64,000 nucleotides of DNA from Octopus sinensis (taxonomy: Eukaryota), in the NCBI RefSeq assembly GCF_006345805.1, contig NW_021831041.1, positions 1 through 64,000 on the forward strand, written 5' to 3'. Below the pieces are notes generated by a model. That model saw only the letters and a list, made by a program, of their open reading frames with translations, was not told where the DNA came from and searched no databases. The translations under genes and the position numbers were made by a program. This document shows, one piece after another, positions 36,738 through 49,879 of this stretch (positions within the stretch are counted from its first letter, which is position 1; the number at the start of each line of letters is the position of its first letter).

Positions 36738-36797
36738 ATTTATTGTGTTTTTTTAAATTAAAAAAAATTGTCAAAATAAACAAAAAAACAAAAGTGG

Positions 36798-37227
36798 TTA
36801 AAATTCAGTTTTTACTTCATTTCCTATAAATAAATTAAAATAGAGAATTACTAAGGATTTCCAGAAGGGCTTGCTGGGTCTGCTTTTCGAGGATTTCAAG
36901 TCGGGCAGCGAGATCCCTCTTCACGTCACTGTCTCTGCTTTTAGGGGCCAAGTCGTGAATGTTCTGAATGTTTAAATGACAGTACAAGTTTGTCCATTTC
37001 GTCATTGACATTGTTGGTCTGTTGTCCTACTTTAATGACTGAGATATGATTAATGGAGGGTACATTCTGGCAGGTCGGGGGTGGGGAGGGATGCCTTCTG
37101 GAGAGATTCGTCGGTGGGTTGGTAGTTCCGGAATTTCAGTCTTTTAGACTATAAATTGTGATAAATACTTTTTTAGTCGTTCTTTTCGATTTATCGCATT
37201 TTCTTCCAACTTTCCAATTTCTGTCAT
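36798..37227 (-). CDS. CCDC12: CCDC12/Cwf18 splicing factor (absent from the ORF track because of introns)
   Basis: Spliced: MTEIGKLEENAINRKERLKKLKFRNYQPTDESL..DLAPKSRDSDVKRDLAARLEILEKQTQQALLEIL; introns of about 28, 25, 22 and 28 nt. Confidence 0.85.
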
Positions 37228-37521
37228 AACACGTTGAATAAGCACCACAAAAACAATAAAATTGATTTAAATTAATTATTTGTTTCAATAAATACAATTA
37301 TAAATTAATAATCCTTAGATTTAAAGCTAAAAGAATTTATAGTATCAATATAAATTAATAATCTTTGATATTAAAAATCAGAAATCCAAGAGGGGGCAGA
37401 AGTATGAGGCCGAAAGATATGAAAGGGATAGAAAAGGATGCTCATCCAATTTAGATTTATTAAATTAAATATAAATTAAATAAACAATATTTATTTGTTT
37501 ATAAAATAGACTTTATATCAC

Positions 37522-39114
37522 ATGTCCTCCCTCTCTAGTGTCCACCAATATATTGATGACCACCAAGACACCTTTATTCAGAGACTGGCAGATGCCGTGG
37601 CTGTACAAAGCGTGTCGGCCTGGTTTGAGTCCCGCCCAGAAGTAGTCCGAATGATGCAAATATTCGGAAAAGTCCAATTTAATATATAAACAAAGATCCT
37701 GGAAAACCTGGGAGCCCACGTGGAATTAGTGACCCCACAAGATATCCAGAAGTACCCCGACGGGCGAGAACAGGCACTCCCTCCAGTCATCCTGGCCTCC
37801 CTGCCCTGCGGGAGACCCGACGCCAAAACAGTCCTCATTTATGGCCATTTGGACGTCCAGCCTGCCAAAATAGTAAATGTCAATAAATATGGCCAAAGCA
37901 AGACGGATGGGACACTGATCCATTCATCCTGACCAATGTGGAGGGGAAACTCGTGGGGAGGGGTGCCTCTGATGACAAGGGACCCGTCTATGGCTGGGTA
38001 CACGTCATCGAGGCCTTCCAAAAGACGGGGACTCCCCTTCCTCTCAATATCAAGTTCTGTCTGGAAGGAATGGAGGAAAGTGGGTCACTCGGACTGGCCC
38101 AAGTCATCGAGTCACGGAAAGACGACTTCTTTTCCGTGATTGGACGGAATAATGAATATAGGGAGTGGACTATGCCTGTATATCCGACAACTACTGGCTG
38201 GGGACACGGAAGCCGTGCATAACCTACGGACTGAGAGGAGTCGTCTATTTCGAACTGAAAGTGAGATGTGCAGAGAAGGATCTCCATTCGGGTGTATTTG
38301 GAGGGACAGTGTGAGATATCCTCATTAGTGGCAGGAATGAGGCACTGGTGGACTTGGTGCATGTCATGTCCTGCCTGGTGTCGTCGGATGGGAGGATAAG
38401 AGTGCCCGGAGTGGACGACGAAGTGGAAGGACTCACCTCTGCCGAGTCACACCTGTATGAAGTGATGGATTTCGATTTGGTTATTCTGTGAAATCATGGT
38501 AGGAGGAGTATAGGGGGGGCATTGGGTGTGCTCGGTTAGTGCATGACAAGAATGGCACACTCATGCACCGAATGCGGTATCCCTCCTTGTCCTTTCACGG
38601 AATCGAGGGAGCCTTCCACGAGGCAGGGTGCAAGACTGTGATCCCTGCCTGTGTGAAGGGCAAGTTCTCCATTCGGACAGTCCCCAACATGGACAACCAC
38701 GATGTTATCAACAAGGTGGAGAAATACTGTCAACAAGTCCATTCCGCTCTCAATTCGTCCACGGAAATGACGTTTGTGGCAGTAAATAGTTGGCAGAGTG
38801 AGGTGTATTCACGAGGGGCCGTGCTGGTTGGGGGCGATTGGGGATAAGAACTTTGAGGCGGCCAGACGTGCGACAATGCAGGGTGTTGGGTGGAGTAGAG
38901 TGTAGTGTATGGAGTTGAGCCTGATCTGACCCGGGAGGGTGGCAGCATTCCGATTGTGTTCGACATTGAACGGGCTACTAGGGCGAGTGTTGTCCTCCTT
39001 CCCTGTGGCCGTGGGGACGATGGGGCTCATTCTCAGAACGAGAAACTCGACTTGTCCAATTATATTAATGGTACTAAATTGTTTGCTGCCTATCTCACCG
39101 AACTGGCCAATTAA
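37522..39114 (+). CDS. CNDP2: Cytosolic non-specific dipeptidase (M20 family)
   Basis: [65 protein letters not shown]. Confidence 0.95.
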
Positions 39115-39208
39115 TTTCTCTTGTTTTGGTTTCAATTTATTGTTTTTTTATTTATTTTAATAATGTTAGAATTTAGATTATTCAAATTTATGGAATAAAG
39201 TTTTTTGC

Positions 39209-39661
39209 ATGTTTGATTTTACTTGCTATCAAAGTTTTTAAAGCGTTTTATTTAATAAACAAAGATTTTAAAATTCTTCTTGTTGGATTCGGATTGTTAT
39301 TTATTCTCTTTGGTTTTTCGATTCTTGACCGAGGACTGCTGGCATTAGGAAATGTACGATTCTAAAATCACATTAGGTATTTACCTTATTTGGAATTTTC
39401 TTGCACATTGGCCTAAAAAACGCTGCTATTTTCTTTACCAATGGAAACAGAAAGGTTGCGACTTCTCTATTAGTCGGAGGGATTGTCTTGGTTATCAGTG
39501 GATGGCCATTTCTGGGCATTTTGTTCCAGATTGTTGGAATTGCGAATATTATTAAGACTGTCCTTCCTTCCTTGTTTGACCATATTTCCGGGGCTCGATT
39601 TGTCAATATTATATTTTATTGCATTCAATTAATTAAGAATATATATAAATCAATTTTATAA
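39209..39661 (+). CDS. GOLT1: Got1/GOLT1 vesicle transport protein
   Basis: GFGLLFILFG..LDRGLLALGN..IGLK..VGGIVLVISGWPFLGILFQIVG. Confidence 0.82.
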
Positions 39662-39703
39662 TCAATTTATTTAAATAAACTTATTGTTTATCACGTGGTT
39701 GTT

Positions 39704-40070
39704 ATGGTGGGTTTTAGTGGGCATATTAAATAGGTAAATATTCCAAAACAAATCAAAAAATGTTGCATTTACTGCAAAACTCACACTATGCACAAAGTGA
39801 GTCTTTACAAAAAGTCAAAAGAGAGGAAGACCGCCCAAGGGAGAAGACGATATGACCGGAAACAGCAGGGATTTGGTGGTCAAACTAAGCCTATTTTGCG
39901 TAGAAAGGTGATTGTTATTGCAAAACACACAGGCGAAAAACACAAAGAAACCAGTTTTAAAGACCGAGTGTAGCAAATGCAAGAAAAAATCACAAAAGAC
40001 TCTCAAACGATGCAAAAAATTCGAATTGGGGGGAGAAAAGAAGAAAAAGGGTCAAGTAATGCAATTCTAG
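39704..40070 (+). CDS. RPL36A: 60S ribosomal protein L36a (eL42)
   Basis: M|[36 protein letters not shown]|[16 protein letters not shown]; introns of 27 and 25 nt. Confidence 0.95.
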
Positions 40071-41399
40071 TTTACATTCAAATTTTAATAAATTTCTTGA
40101 TTATTTTAATTTCGTGGTAAAATGATTAAATTCATCGTTCGCTTTGTTCTGAAATTAAGTATTTTCATTAGTCCAACATGGTGGGCACGTAGGCTGATTT
40201 TTGTCTTGCGGAACCTTCTACAGTACATCTGATTGAGTAGAGTATTTTATTCTAAACGTTCATTTTATCACATATCTACCCGAATAGAGTGATGCTGTGA
40301 TTTAATTAGGACTACAGTGTTCCGAAAACAGGGGTTTTGTTTTTTCATTATAAAATCTTTTATTTTAAATCCCATAAATGTAATAAAAGGTAAGATTTTA
40401 TCTTGTGATTAATAATATTTTTCAAAGCACTCTTTAACAAAGTAATCGGTTATTTTTCCTCCAATATGTAGCTATTTAGGATGTTTCTAATCACTGTCAT
40501 TTGGAATTTTTAGTATTTTTACTGATTTTATTTTTATACAGGAAATGTTCCATTGTAATCAAAGTTTGTAAAATTTATTTCTCGGCCACGTTTTTGTTTT
40601 CAGCTATATTCTATTATATACAGTCGCATTCAATTGTTTCTTCATCAGCTTCTGTATTTCATTTACAACTTTGGTCATTATTTCATTAGTTAGGTGATCG
40701 TCAATAACTAAGACATCACGATTTTATGTCAATTTGTAACCAAAAATCTGTGATTTAAATTTCTGTTAAGTCAAACAATTTTTTGAAACCATTATTGACA
40801 AGATTTAATTTTGAAAAACGTTCTTTAGTATCACTTTCGATGATAGCATAAAAATTCAACTAAAAAATAGGATTAATAGTTTTTGAATATTTTGCATGAT
40901 TCACATATCTAATGATTGTACATAGCATTGTTTCTTAACTTTTTTTGATTGGGGACCACTTTAGTCTGCTGAATTTTTTTGGGGACCACCAGTAACAAAA
41001 CAATTTAATAAAAAAGCTAACAAAATTAAAAAGTCATAGAGTGAGAGTGATTTTTGATCCTGCTTTTCAGAAACTAGCTGTTCAATTTTTGGTACAATGT
41101 TGGTAAGTCGGTTACGAACTTTACTTTTCAGAATAACAAGACATTACCATTTCACATAAATGAGTGGTTGGAAAGGGAATTATCTCTATCAGTGCATTTT
41201 TATTTAAGATTGGATATTAATTAATAACAGAAATCCAGAATTCCATAATCGAATGCGAATTAAATGTCAATTTGCGAATTTCGTAATTCAATCAACGGTT
41301 CTTGGAAATCAATTTCTTGGCCTTCATAAATTAATTTATTTAAAAGGGTGTATTATAAAAGTCGCAATTGGTTCAGTAACTGGGAAATAATCTTCGATT

Positions 41400-41845
41400 T
41401 TACTTTAAGATTTTCGAGATGATCAATAATCAAAAAAGAATATTCCCCGTAGAACCATTGACTGAGCAGAATTTTATAGAATACGGCTACACTAAAAATG
41501 ACGAACTACTCGAAATGTTTCAAGATGATGCATCTGAAAATTTCAAAACAGTTAGAAAAAAAATGAAAATATGGATATTTTAGAATCTTTTCGCGCTTGG
41601 ACAAACTATTTTAAACTGAATGTGACAGATATTAAAACTTTAAACATGTTGAAAAATATTGGTAAAAAACTAAGAAAATCGGCATTAAAACTAAAATTTC
41701 TGATTTTTTTAATAAAAAAGTTTTCATGTGTTCATAAGAAAATAATTAACAAATCGATAAAAAAACCCCTCTAATCCGCCAAATTCTCGAATTCGCCACA
41801 TTTCTGTCAGGAACCAAAAATGGCGGATTCGAGAGAGTTGTAATT
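41400..41845 (+). mobile_element. Possible Tigger/pogo 3' remnant
   Basis: Ends TAATCCGCC...GGCGGATTCGAGAGAGTTG|TA, resembling Tigger right termini. Confidence 0.35.
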
Positions 41846-42229
41846 CTATTTTTTAAATATGGTTTAATATATTCGGATGATCTATTTCTCTGGTTATTAA
41901 AAATTGCAAGTCTAGAGTGCCGTTATGTGGTCCATCAAGTCAGTTGGATCTTTTATTTTATATGGATTTTGAAACTTTCAGGGGACACTTAATGCCCACC
42001 AAAAAAGGACCATTAGCATTCATTTTTCCGAGACATTCTAGCACAATGCACTTTCGTACGATGGATCTTTCCAAGAGGAAATCCTTAGAAGTGGAAAACA
42101 CTTTACTGCTATCCTGCTAAACATAAATGAAATTAAAGGGAATATCATAGAACTGCGCTCACTACTGACAAACCTGAAAAGTAATGTGGCTATGAGACCA
42201 AACTATTTCCTATTTTCACATTCCCTGAT

Positions 42230-42500
42230 TGCAAGGCTATCAAGTGAAACGAGGCGATGGACTGATCACACTAAATATCTTGAAATGTATTGTCAATACA
42301 TAGAACTGTCAATACATCGAACCATCCTTTTCCTACGCCTGTGCTTTATGGGGACTGCTTTTATCTTGGACAAACAGGAGGAAAATCGAGGAGGCCCTGT
42401 ATTGGCAGCTCAACTGCTGATCAAATCGAGAACGAAATATACACCCCAATCAAGACTTGGAGTACTCACTAGACTAATTCTCAGAAACAACACATAATTA
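42230..42500 (+). mobile_element. Penelope-like RT remnant
   Basis: YGDCFYLGQTGG..P..ADQIENEI..IKTW resembles the PLE RT FY.Q..G..MG.P region. Confidence 0.4.
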
Positions 42501-42789
42501 TTTTCGAGACTGCGGGTTTCAACTGTCCAGATACTACGTCTTACAACAACAAATAGTCGACTTTGAAGGATGCCGCCATCGGTGATCGTTTCTTGTGTTG
42601 CACATGCCTTGTTATAATTATTATGGCAAAGCGAGAAGTGCTTAATAACATATGTAACAAAAACATATCAGTATACTAAGAAAGGTGGTGTCTGTCTCAG
42701 TAACTGTTAGTTAATATGGAGCTGGGATGCGATCTACTGCTCAAAGAAGTGCGATTTTGGGTGTTTTTTTATTTAATTAGTTAACAAAA

Positions 42790-43830
42790 GGACCAGGTAA
42801 GCCAGTTAATTAGAATCCCATTGATCCCAGATGCATTTTGGAAGCAATGGGGATTCTCAGAAAAGGCTCGATCCTGTGCAAAGTGATCGTTCTAAAGATA
42901 CGATGTCTCATTTTGGCTGTTTTGAAGCTTTTTATATGCATCGAGCCATCCTCGTTTAAAATTCTATCGTGTTACACTTATAATTATTTTCTGTACCCAA
43001 TTCACAGTTTACTGAGCAGGATACTTAATTCCATGTTTCCAAACTACGAATCATTTGTTCTCTATTGACGATCTAAAGATATTCGCCTTTAAAAAACATG
43101 TAGTAATTAAAATGATGGGAGCGGTGGATGGATTCTTGAAACCTTTGGTTTGGAAATGCATTCAGAAAAGTCTGCATCAAATGTTAAATCGTTGTCTTGG
43201 GAGACGTTGGAAGGAGTCAATGGAGGAAGTAATATCTTCAAAAATAAAGTTATGAAATCCATTCTTGAAAATGTTAAGAAAAGGATAATAATGCTTTCGA
43301 GCGCAAAACTAAATTCGGTTAACTTATTCCGTGCTATGCCATTTCCTTATACCACTACTAACTACAATGGACACATCAATTTTAAGCCTCATGAATTTGA
43401 TTGTATCTACCATCAAATACGACAACTTTTAACGGCTCTCAGAATGCATCTCAAAACTGCAAACAAAAAAAAGGTTATATCTAAACCGGAAATCTTTGGG
43501 GAGAATACTTGCTTTGGTTTCTTCAAAGACTGAACTGATGCTCCTCTATTTCTGAAAAGTTTAGAAATGCAGTCGACAGTATCCTTACGAAGGACGGGAA
43601 TTCTGCGAGTGATAAAAAATAAATGGCAGTAAGCTACAATTGCATGATTTCTCGCATTCAAGTATGCAACTGTCGACATGAAGAAAATGGATGTTGAGCT
43701 CATCAAAGATGTTCAAAGAAAAGATTTGCTTAAGAACATTAATTGTCAAGTGCTACATTCGGTGTTTTAAAATGTATTGGAAGAACAAAATGGTGACCTA
43801 GCCACGTCCTAGAAGTGGTTGTCTAAAAAA
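42790..43830 (+). mobile_element. Degenerate R4-like non-LTR RT fragment
   Basis: NHLFSIDDLKIFA, EMHSEKSASN, KLNSVNLFRA, IRQLLTALRMHLKTANKKRLYLNRKSLGR. Confidence 0.75.
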
Positions 43831-44519
43831 CAACGATCTACGAAGTGTGGGAGTGAGGTCTGCAGACAGGGAGTCCAAGGCGATTGCAGATACCCAAAGG
43901 GAGTGAATCCCCATCAAGGACAGTATCCAAAAGCGGAGAAGAGAGTACATTCAGCCAGAAGCCTGAGTATGGGTGACAGGCGGAACGGAAACAAGCCAAT
44001 CTGTGTTGGTCGAGGAGTGCGAGGCCCGAATTAATATCAGTCCAACGATGATTCAGTGATTTTTTTAAAAATTATAATGAATTTCATAAAATGCTTCTTT
44101 TAAACCTTCATCTTTTGTGAAAATTTTCATTGAATCCGAACCTGATGAATTTCAAGCTCAATCACAACAAAATGCGTTATTACGATGTTAGTCGAATTGT
44201 GGTTGCTGAGTTTTATGTTTTTCTTAAGAATTGTATGTTTATATTCTTCTCAGTTGGTTTCGGTACAAATTTGTTTATTTCATGTTTATTCCCCATTCGA
44301 TCCGTTATACGTCAGGACGGGGAGAACAAACGTGTTATAGATCTTTAGTTTTGTGTTTGTATTTAGCTTTCTTAGACACCAGAGCGATTGATTCATGTTT
44401 CTACGAGTGACATCTTCAGAGTCACCCAGCAGTGATCCAACTTTTGTATACTTTCTCAAGAGTTCTAAGTACGCTTAACTCGAAAAATAACTTTCTCACT
44501 TTTGGTATCTAATAGCCTG

Positions 44520-44830
44520 TTTTCAATCAGCACCCAAAACGTAAGAAGATTCAATCTCATGTAAAAAGGCTTCAACTTGCTAGAAATCTGCTACGAAGCA
44601 AAGTGCCCATCTGTTGTCTGCAAGAGACAAATAACAGAGCATGCAAGATATCAAATCACACACTTATTACCATCCCATCGACCTGTCGTCACCACAATCT
44701 GGGATTCGCTTCCACCGAAAATTGGAAAAGCACGTATCCCCGGTGTGGTCCGTCTCGAACAGGACAGCGTTGTTCCGACTCAAACGCGTGTACACATTGT
44801 AAACCCGGAAGAACTTTCTAGATTGGGATG
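44520..44830 (+). mobile_element. LINE AP-endonuclease fragment (RTE-like)
   Basis: ISTQNVRR...ICCLQET...LGF motifs. Confidence 0.55.
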
Positions 44831-45783
44831 GTGAGTGACCTCAATAACACAACGAGGTTTTACAGGCCCGAATGGAGGCTGCTTATATTACAAAATAGAT
44901 TGTGAAGGGTATTAAAGTCCCCACACTACTCGCACTCATTTTCTCCCATCAGAGGACGATGTCGACTTGTTTGTCAAAACAGTTCCGACATATTTTAAAT
45001 CAGGAGCAAATTCCTTAATTTTCAAATGGAAAATAGCCGTCACTGCACTCACGGTTTTATGATTGTCAGTGAAAATTGAACTTTTGCTTTGTGTTTTTTT
45101 GCTTATTGTAAAGTTTATGATGCAATTTACTAGCTAAGAGCCGTTCTCATGGAATATATGAACAGGGCTATTGGGCCGTCTCACTGACCGGTTCGGTTTA
45201 CAAAAATTGGTCCTTTTTGCTCGCAGAAAATTTTTTAACTTATATTTACTTTCATTTTAACACTTATATTTCCATTTACTAAACCACCCTTTAGTTGTCA
45301 AAACCAGTGTCTTCTGGCTGCGAAAGATTTATCTGCCTCAAATGCGTCAAAACGGTGCTTTAAAAGTTGCTTCTTCAAACCCAAAACGCCTTGCCTCTAT
45401 TCCTGTTGAATGTTTGAATTCCTCTCACCCCTCTTCTGTCGGAAAAAGTCTCAAATGCTCCCGTCTTTGTTGGGTCTCTATGCTTTGGAAGTTGATCCAT
45501 CGAGCTGCAGCCATCGGAACAAAATGTTTTTCTCGTGGCTGGGATGAATGAGGCATCAAACCTCTCAGTGACTCGGGGATATGACTCCTTTAAGGGAATG
45601 ACTTGGAAGATCCTGCGCTATTTCTCAATTGAATTTGACATTTCCTAATTTGTTAAGACATTAAGTTTAGTAGATTTTATAATGACCTAAATAAATTCAA
45701 TATTATAATTGTTTTTTATAATAGTTAATAAATAGTAATTAAGGATATTAATTGGAATAAATAATAATTAATCAATTCCTAAT

Positions 45784-46687
45784 ATGGTTTGATTAGGTGG
45801 TGCCTTAATCTTTGTTAGACAGACAAAGAAGTAGACTGTGCCCTCGACCTATGCCGTCGTCTTCCACCACAAAACATAAACAAAATAATGAACGACATCA
45901 TCAAACTCAAACCAGAGATCTGCGAATCCCTCCTTGCCCTAGTAGACCGACCTCTCCCAATAAAACGAGACTCCAGTGGAAGGGACTTTCTCATCTGCGA
46001 CTACAACCGAGACGGGGACTCCTACCGTTCTCCGTGGACCAACACCTACACCGACAATTTCGACGGAATACTCCCCTCCGATGAACTCCGTGAACTGGAA
46101 ATGCGATTCAACGACGTTTTCGTGGCCTACACGGACATGTACTACGGAGGGGCAGTCTCTTCCGTGTATTTATGGGACATGGACTCGAAGAAGATCGCCA
46201 ATTTCGGAGGGGCAGTCCTCATCAAAAAAGTGGGGGAGAATTCAAGCAAAGTGAATGCCACGTGGGACTCGATTCATATTTTTGAGGCGAATGTAATCCT
46301 AGAATGTGAGTAGTAGACGTCGGGAGGGAAGTGTACTTACAAATTGGTGACCTCCATAATGTTGTGGATGCACTCTGAGAAGGAAGTGGACATCAATTTG
46401 GGGGGGAGTCTGATAAAGGAGGTTGTTGTGGTGTGTGAGGGCAGACCAGTCAGCAAATGGCACTGTCGGACATTCAGGGGCATATCAGCAATATGGGCAG
46501 TATTATTGAAGCACAGGAGAATTCCATGAGGAGTTCTCTTTCGGCTGTGTATTTTGATAAGACTAAACATATTATGAATACGCTCAGACAGACCGTCTCC
46601 AAGAAAGACAGAGAACGACAGACAGCTATGATTGATACTTTGGCCAAGGCTATCACACACAAGGACTTGCCTGTTTCGGAGGCTTAG
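45784..46687 (+). CDS. CAPZB: F-actin capping protein beta subunit
   Basis: DCALDLCRRLPPQ, GRDFLICDYNRDGDSYRSPWTNTY, YYGGAVSSVYLWD, WDSIHIFE, SHISNMGSIIE, YFDKTKHIMNTLR. Confidence 0.97.
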
Positions 46688-46914
46688 ATTACTATACTAA
46701 TCTTATCAACAGATCTATTTAATGTTATTACTGCCTTCTTAATGGGCTACTAAGAACAGGAAGTCAGCAAGTGCGTCTAAATTATAATAATGCGGAAGAA
46801 AAGATTAGGTTGTATTTGGGATTAAGTTTTGACCTGGAAATATATAATAATTGTTTTATATTATTTAATTTAATTTATTATCAACAATAAAATAATTTAA
46901 TTGTTGTGGGACTA

Positions 46915-47977
46915 ATGAATACAACACGAAGTGGTAGAGTAATTAACAAACCACACCACCTCGAAGACCAATCAGCCAACATGGTAATTTATTACAATTA
47001 TATGCCCAAATAGTCCACTCAATCCACTGAAAAGATCCCCTATGGAGAAACAAGTCAGGAAACTACCCAGGAGACCTCCCAAGTGTCCCGTAGACCTGGT
47101 CCTCAGCGAAACCTGGCATCGAATCGATTCGAAGTGAACCACTCTCGTCTCCCAACAGTCCGTCTGAGCAACAAAAAACGGAATCGACTGAAGAAGCGGA
47201 AGAAAGTGTACGCGGACGGAGAACATGACAAAACACGACCTCAGTTGACTGAGGAAGAAGTTCGGAAAAAGCGGAGAAGACAACGTTCTGAGCGAGTTGG
47301 CTGCCTGGTTGACCGTAGAAACTGAAACGGCCGTGGAATGCCTACCAAGTGTGGGGAGAGCCCCTTCGGAAGCGCATTCTGACGAAATACCCGGATATGG
47401 GTAGGCGTAGGTTAAGTGAGTGTAGATCTTGGTCAGGTGAGCAGTCGACTGGCGGAGATGTGGAGAAATGTGCCCGAGTCGGACAAAGCTGTACTTGTTG
47501 TGTGTGATAAGTCAGTCGTGGAGGGCGAAGGCGCGGATGTTGGCAGGCGGGTCATTTCCCCCCTCCCGTCCGTCTGCGGGGTCGAACGAGTTCACGTCGA
47601 ATTACCTGGCGGCGACGGAATTCCACCGTCTGTTGCCCAAGACGTACCACGACGACGTGTTGTTTGACAATGTGAGTGGAGGAGTGTATTGTAGACCCCC
47701 TCTCTGCATCCCATTTCCACGGCCACCTATTTCAAGTTGTTGGGGGAGTCACTCACCACTGTGGGGGAGAAGTTGTTGGATCACAGGGTGGGCAGGCTGC
47801 TTATTGTAGGGGACTATTGCTATTAATGGGAGTTATTCAGTCATTCTTGATTCCGTTCTGTGCATGATTGGCCCCATGTTGTGTCTCACTCACCAGGTCC
47901 CCAGTCTGGCCTGTCTTGACAAGTCTCAGCTCGGCAATATCCTCGAGTCTATCGTTTACATTATGCCCGGACTTTGA
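46915..47977 (+). CDS. HMGXB4: HMG-box protein HMGXB4-like
   Basis: HMG box (YPDM..DLGQVSSRLAEMWRNVPESDKA..WRAKA) and C-terminus HLFQVVGESLTTVG..GSYSVILDSVLCMIGPMLCLT..LESIVYIMPGL*. Confidence 0.88.
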
Positions 47978-48192
47978 TTTCTTTTTGGTTAATTTCTCTT
48001 CCTTTTGTTACTTATTATATTTCTTGTTAATATAAATTATAAATGGGCGCATATTTAATATTTGTTGTGGTGTTATGGATGGGTCTATAAAACCAAGCAA
48101 TATTTTACACAAAGCTATTCTTAGAACTATAACTGATTCAGCATACGCCATCAGGTTAAATTATAATTATATAAATCACCAGTCCTAATGAA

Positions 48193-48704
48193 ATGATAAA
48201 AATTATTCCTTCTCTGAACTCGGATCCTGATTGGTTGAATGAATACAGCAATGTGGTGAAGGACTATGTCACCTCCATCTATGTAGACCCATTATTTACT
48301 TCCAGAGAAAAGTCCTCTCCAATTTAGAACGTTTGGATGTACTCCAAAGAGTCGACAGTCTCCAATCCTTAGAACGAGTGTCGTCGGACAAGGCGTGGTT
48401 TGACGGACATGCTCGATTTGTCAGTAGGCCGACGTGGAGGGCAGACCAGGATGGCATTTGTTTTCAGAATTGTGTCAAGAAAAAACATTTGTCCAAACTG
48501 GATGAGTTGTTGGAGTTGTTTTCACGTGCGATTGACTCAAAAAAGTTTAAATTTGAAATGATGAAGGAAAATTTTGATGTGCTTCAAAAAAAGCTCTCAG
48601 ATTTGACTGTCGAGGCAGATAATGATAAAATGCACATACAATTTGCTGACAAAATGTATAAAAGACTCGACAGGACTTGTAATTTTGTTAGTTTTTTAGA
48701 TTAA
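48193..48704 (+). CDS. Hypothetical coiled-coil protein
   Basis: ATG at 48193, probable 23-nt intron (GTAGACCC...TTCCAG) and a long open frame with heptad-like C-terminus; family not recognised. Confidence 0.55.
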
Positions 48705-49879
48705 ACTTTGTGTTTATTTTTTCTGTTTTAATTGTTTATTTTGGTGATCCTCATACTATAGATAGGGATATCAAAGGAATTGCAAATTATTGATGAGGGT
48801 GTGGATGTTTAATTAGACTTAAACAATTAACTAAAAGATATACTCTCAACTACATTTCCTGGTTTATAACAGTGAGTGGATGATAAAACTGGGAAAGCTG
48901 TTGATCAGTGCTTAAGTGGTAGTGAGTCTAGTCCTCTGGATATTGTGGGAGACTGTCTTGTCCATCTGAGTTTGCTTATTGAGTGATGTGTATTACTCGA
49001 CTGTTTGGTTTCTTTCCTTAACGAGACCAGTAGGAGTGGTGATCTTGTCAGTCAACAAACACATTTCTTGATTCTGCACATCCACTGTTTCTGGGATGTG
49101 TTTTGGTTTGGTGTATTCTCTCTATTCTGGTTATTATCTCAGTCTACCATGCTACTCACTTCTCCTCCTTAACCCTCATTAGTCGGTTGTGTCGAATCTT
49201 GACACATATTCATCCCATAATTGTTGATTTAACTCGAAGTGCTTGTTTTGATAAAAACGATTATGCTGTCCAGAGTTTTTGTTATAGTTAGAGACTGTCC
49301 GAATGTTGAATAATTTTGAGTATTCTAAAAAGCTCGAAAATTCAAACTCGTTAGAAAAAAAAATCATATTTCCATAAATTTTTCCTTGCAGATTTTTTTA
49401 GACTTAAGGATATTACACTAAGAGGCAATACTAACACAAAGAGCATCGATTATTCTCTATGTGAACATATAAATATGAGTTTAACAATTTATTAATCTCA
49501 ATCAGGTATAGACAACTCTCTTTCTTCACTTCGCCATTTTAGTGTCCACAATTTCCCAGAGTTTCACAGCTTCTTATTACTTATTGTCAAACTTGGTTTC
49601 TTTTTTCAATTCGATCTAAATGTTGGGAAAAACAACTAATCATTAATCGGTTATTAGACATTGTAATTTTTACTTTTCATTTTGAATTCCAATCCGTTGT
49701 CCGTGTTTAAAATTTGACAATATCCAATTTGACAAATTTTTTTTAACTTATTTTTTACTTTTATAAGTAGATGTTTTTAACTTTTAAGTTTTGTTAAAAG
49801 CAGATTTATTTTTAAGAATTTGCAGACTACGAATTTGCTGTAAATTTCAATAATTGTTAATATCCAATTATATCCATCG

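Noticed and set aside
43840-44040. Polinton/Ginger integrase-like fragment
   Set aside because: Similarity rests on a few residues with stops; not supportable.
48193-48704. BLOC1S5/Muted identity
   Set aside because: No alignable motif to the remembered sequence; left hypothetical.
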